From NCBI GenBank assembly GCA_963693365.1, contig CAVNZM010000002.1, forward strand, positions 10,844,328-10,908,327: a DNA stretch of 64,000 bases. Reading direction: 5' to 3'. Of the stretch, positions 58,626 to 64,000 are shown piece after piece. A model generated the notes under the pieces. The model was given only the letters and a program-made list of their open reading frames with translations, ran no database searches and was not told the origin of the DNA. Source of the stretch: Amoebidium appalachense (taxonomy: Eukaryota; Protista; Ichthyosporea). The position numbers and the translations under genes were made by a program. How positions within the stretch are numbered: the stretch's first letter is position 1; each line of letters begins with the position of its first letter.

Positions 58626-59938
58626 CTCCCTTCACAATTCAACACCCATTACCATTCCACCACTATAAAAATCGCATACACACATCTTGGTGTTCCACTA
58701 TGCCCATTTATCTCGACGTTTAAATTTGCCACCGTCTATTGATATTTTGGATGTGTTGGTGTGGTGCAAGCAAGCCAATTCGGCATGCACATGCACCATG
58801 TAACGGGTGGCTGTGCGGCTGCACGTAAGTATCTATGTCTGCTTCCTTACACTGTGTAGGCCTCGTGTACCATCTGCCGGTCTAACTGGCCTAGGCTCGT
58901 GTGTGCCAACATGTGTGTGCTTTTCGATTGACTCTCAGTACGACGTGTACTAGTTACTGTTTAACGTGTTCGTGTAACATAGCCAGTGTGGTCACAGTGG
59001 TGATATACAATGGTGCACAGCCGATTTATATACCTTTGCAGGCAAATAAAGGAGGGTAGTGGTGGCGGTGGCGGGCGGGTGGGAGTCGGGGGAGGCCTAG
59101 GGGAGGGAGAGGGGGAGGGGGGGGGGGGGGGGGGGGGGGGGGGAGGGGGGGAATGAAGTGATGGCGTGTGTTCGTGCGTGCGTCCCTACTACATGCCTTC
59201 CTGTGGGTATGGCTATATGCATGCCAGAGCGTGTGTTCACCTAGGGAACTCCTTCCCACCCATCAAGCTGCCACCGGTCACCACTACCTCCCCTGGTGGG
59301 AGTGAACAATGATTGCGGAAGGCTGCACACGGGGCCAATATTTAAGCAGCACCGGACATCTTCAGGGTTAACTTTGTTCGTGTCGCCTCAGTCTTGCTGC
59401 ATGCATCCCCATGCCCCCCCCCCCCCCCCCCCTCTCTTCATAAAGAAAAAAAGAAGTAATACAAAAATTGTCAGTATCAAACAGACATATGTGGGCCTGC
59501 ATCGTGATTGGTTCTAATAGTAGAGGCAGGGGCCAGCCCTGCGCTATTCATTCTCATGACCTCAGTCTGTCACAGCAACCCTACTGTAATCGATCCCCCC
59601 CCCCCCCCCCCCCCCCCCCAAAATGCTGCAAGTGGAGCCCCACAAAACTGCGACAACATGTTGTGCCTAATCCTTCGGGACATGTCGACACAACACGGCT
59701 CTGTTTGAGGCTGTGTGCCGAAAAATGCTGTGAAATTTTCACACACCAACGGTCGTCACTAGTGCCAACGACAAGTCAAAAGCAAGAAAATAGGAACAGC
59801 AAACTCAATCTCATGCAAATCTAAACCACACCGAGTCCCATTCATGCCCAAATCATTGGAGAAAACAAACAAACAGTAACCAGTAGACCGATAGCGCAGC
59901 CAATAATGCCCAACTCCACCACCATGATCTCTAGCCAA

Positions 59939-64000
<4,062 letters not shown>

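Overview
Eukaryotic, intron-dense nuclear DNA, not prokaryotic. Gene content (M1AP, RWDD3, DHTKD1, listerin) and splice signals (GT donors, a CTRAC-type branch point about 10-25 nt before CAG, little polypyrimidine tract) suggest a unicellular opisthokont, possibly a holozoan; this is inference. Most entries in the ORF track are artefacts of (CA)n/(GT)n microsatellites and poly-G/C runs. Manual exon joining gives ten genes in order: a 5'-incomplete LsrG/ABM-family gene (+), alanyl-tRNA synthetase (-, 24 exons, one apparent frameshift), a bacterial-type GTPase with a hydrophobic tail (+), a meiosis-1-arrest-protein (M1AP) homologue (-), SURF1 (+), DHTKD1 (-), a hypothetical gene (+), RWDD3/RSUME (-), an apparently truncated CBS-domain gene (+) and the 3' part of LTN1 (-). 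The eight inner genes form four head-to-head pairs. Best leads: an intronic dispersed repeat carrying circularly permuted hammerhead-ribozyme core motifs, the M1AP homologue, two probable bacterial acquisitions flanking AlaRS, several GC-AG introns, and satellites grown out of splice signals. All homology calls come from recalled family motifs; no database search was run.
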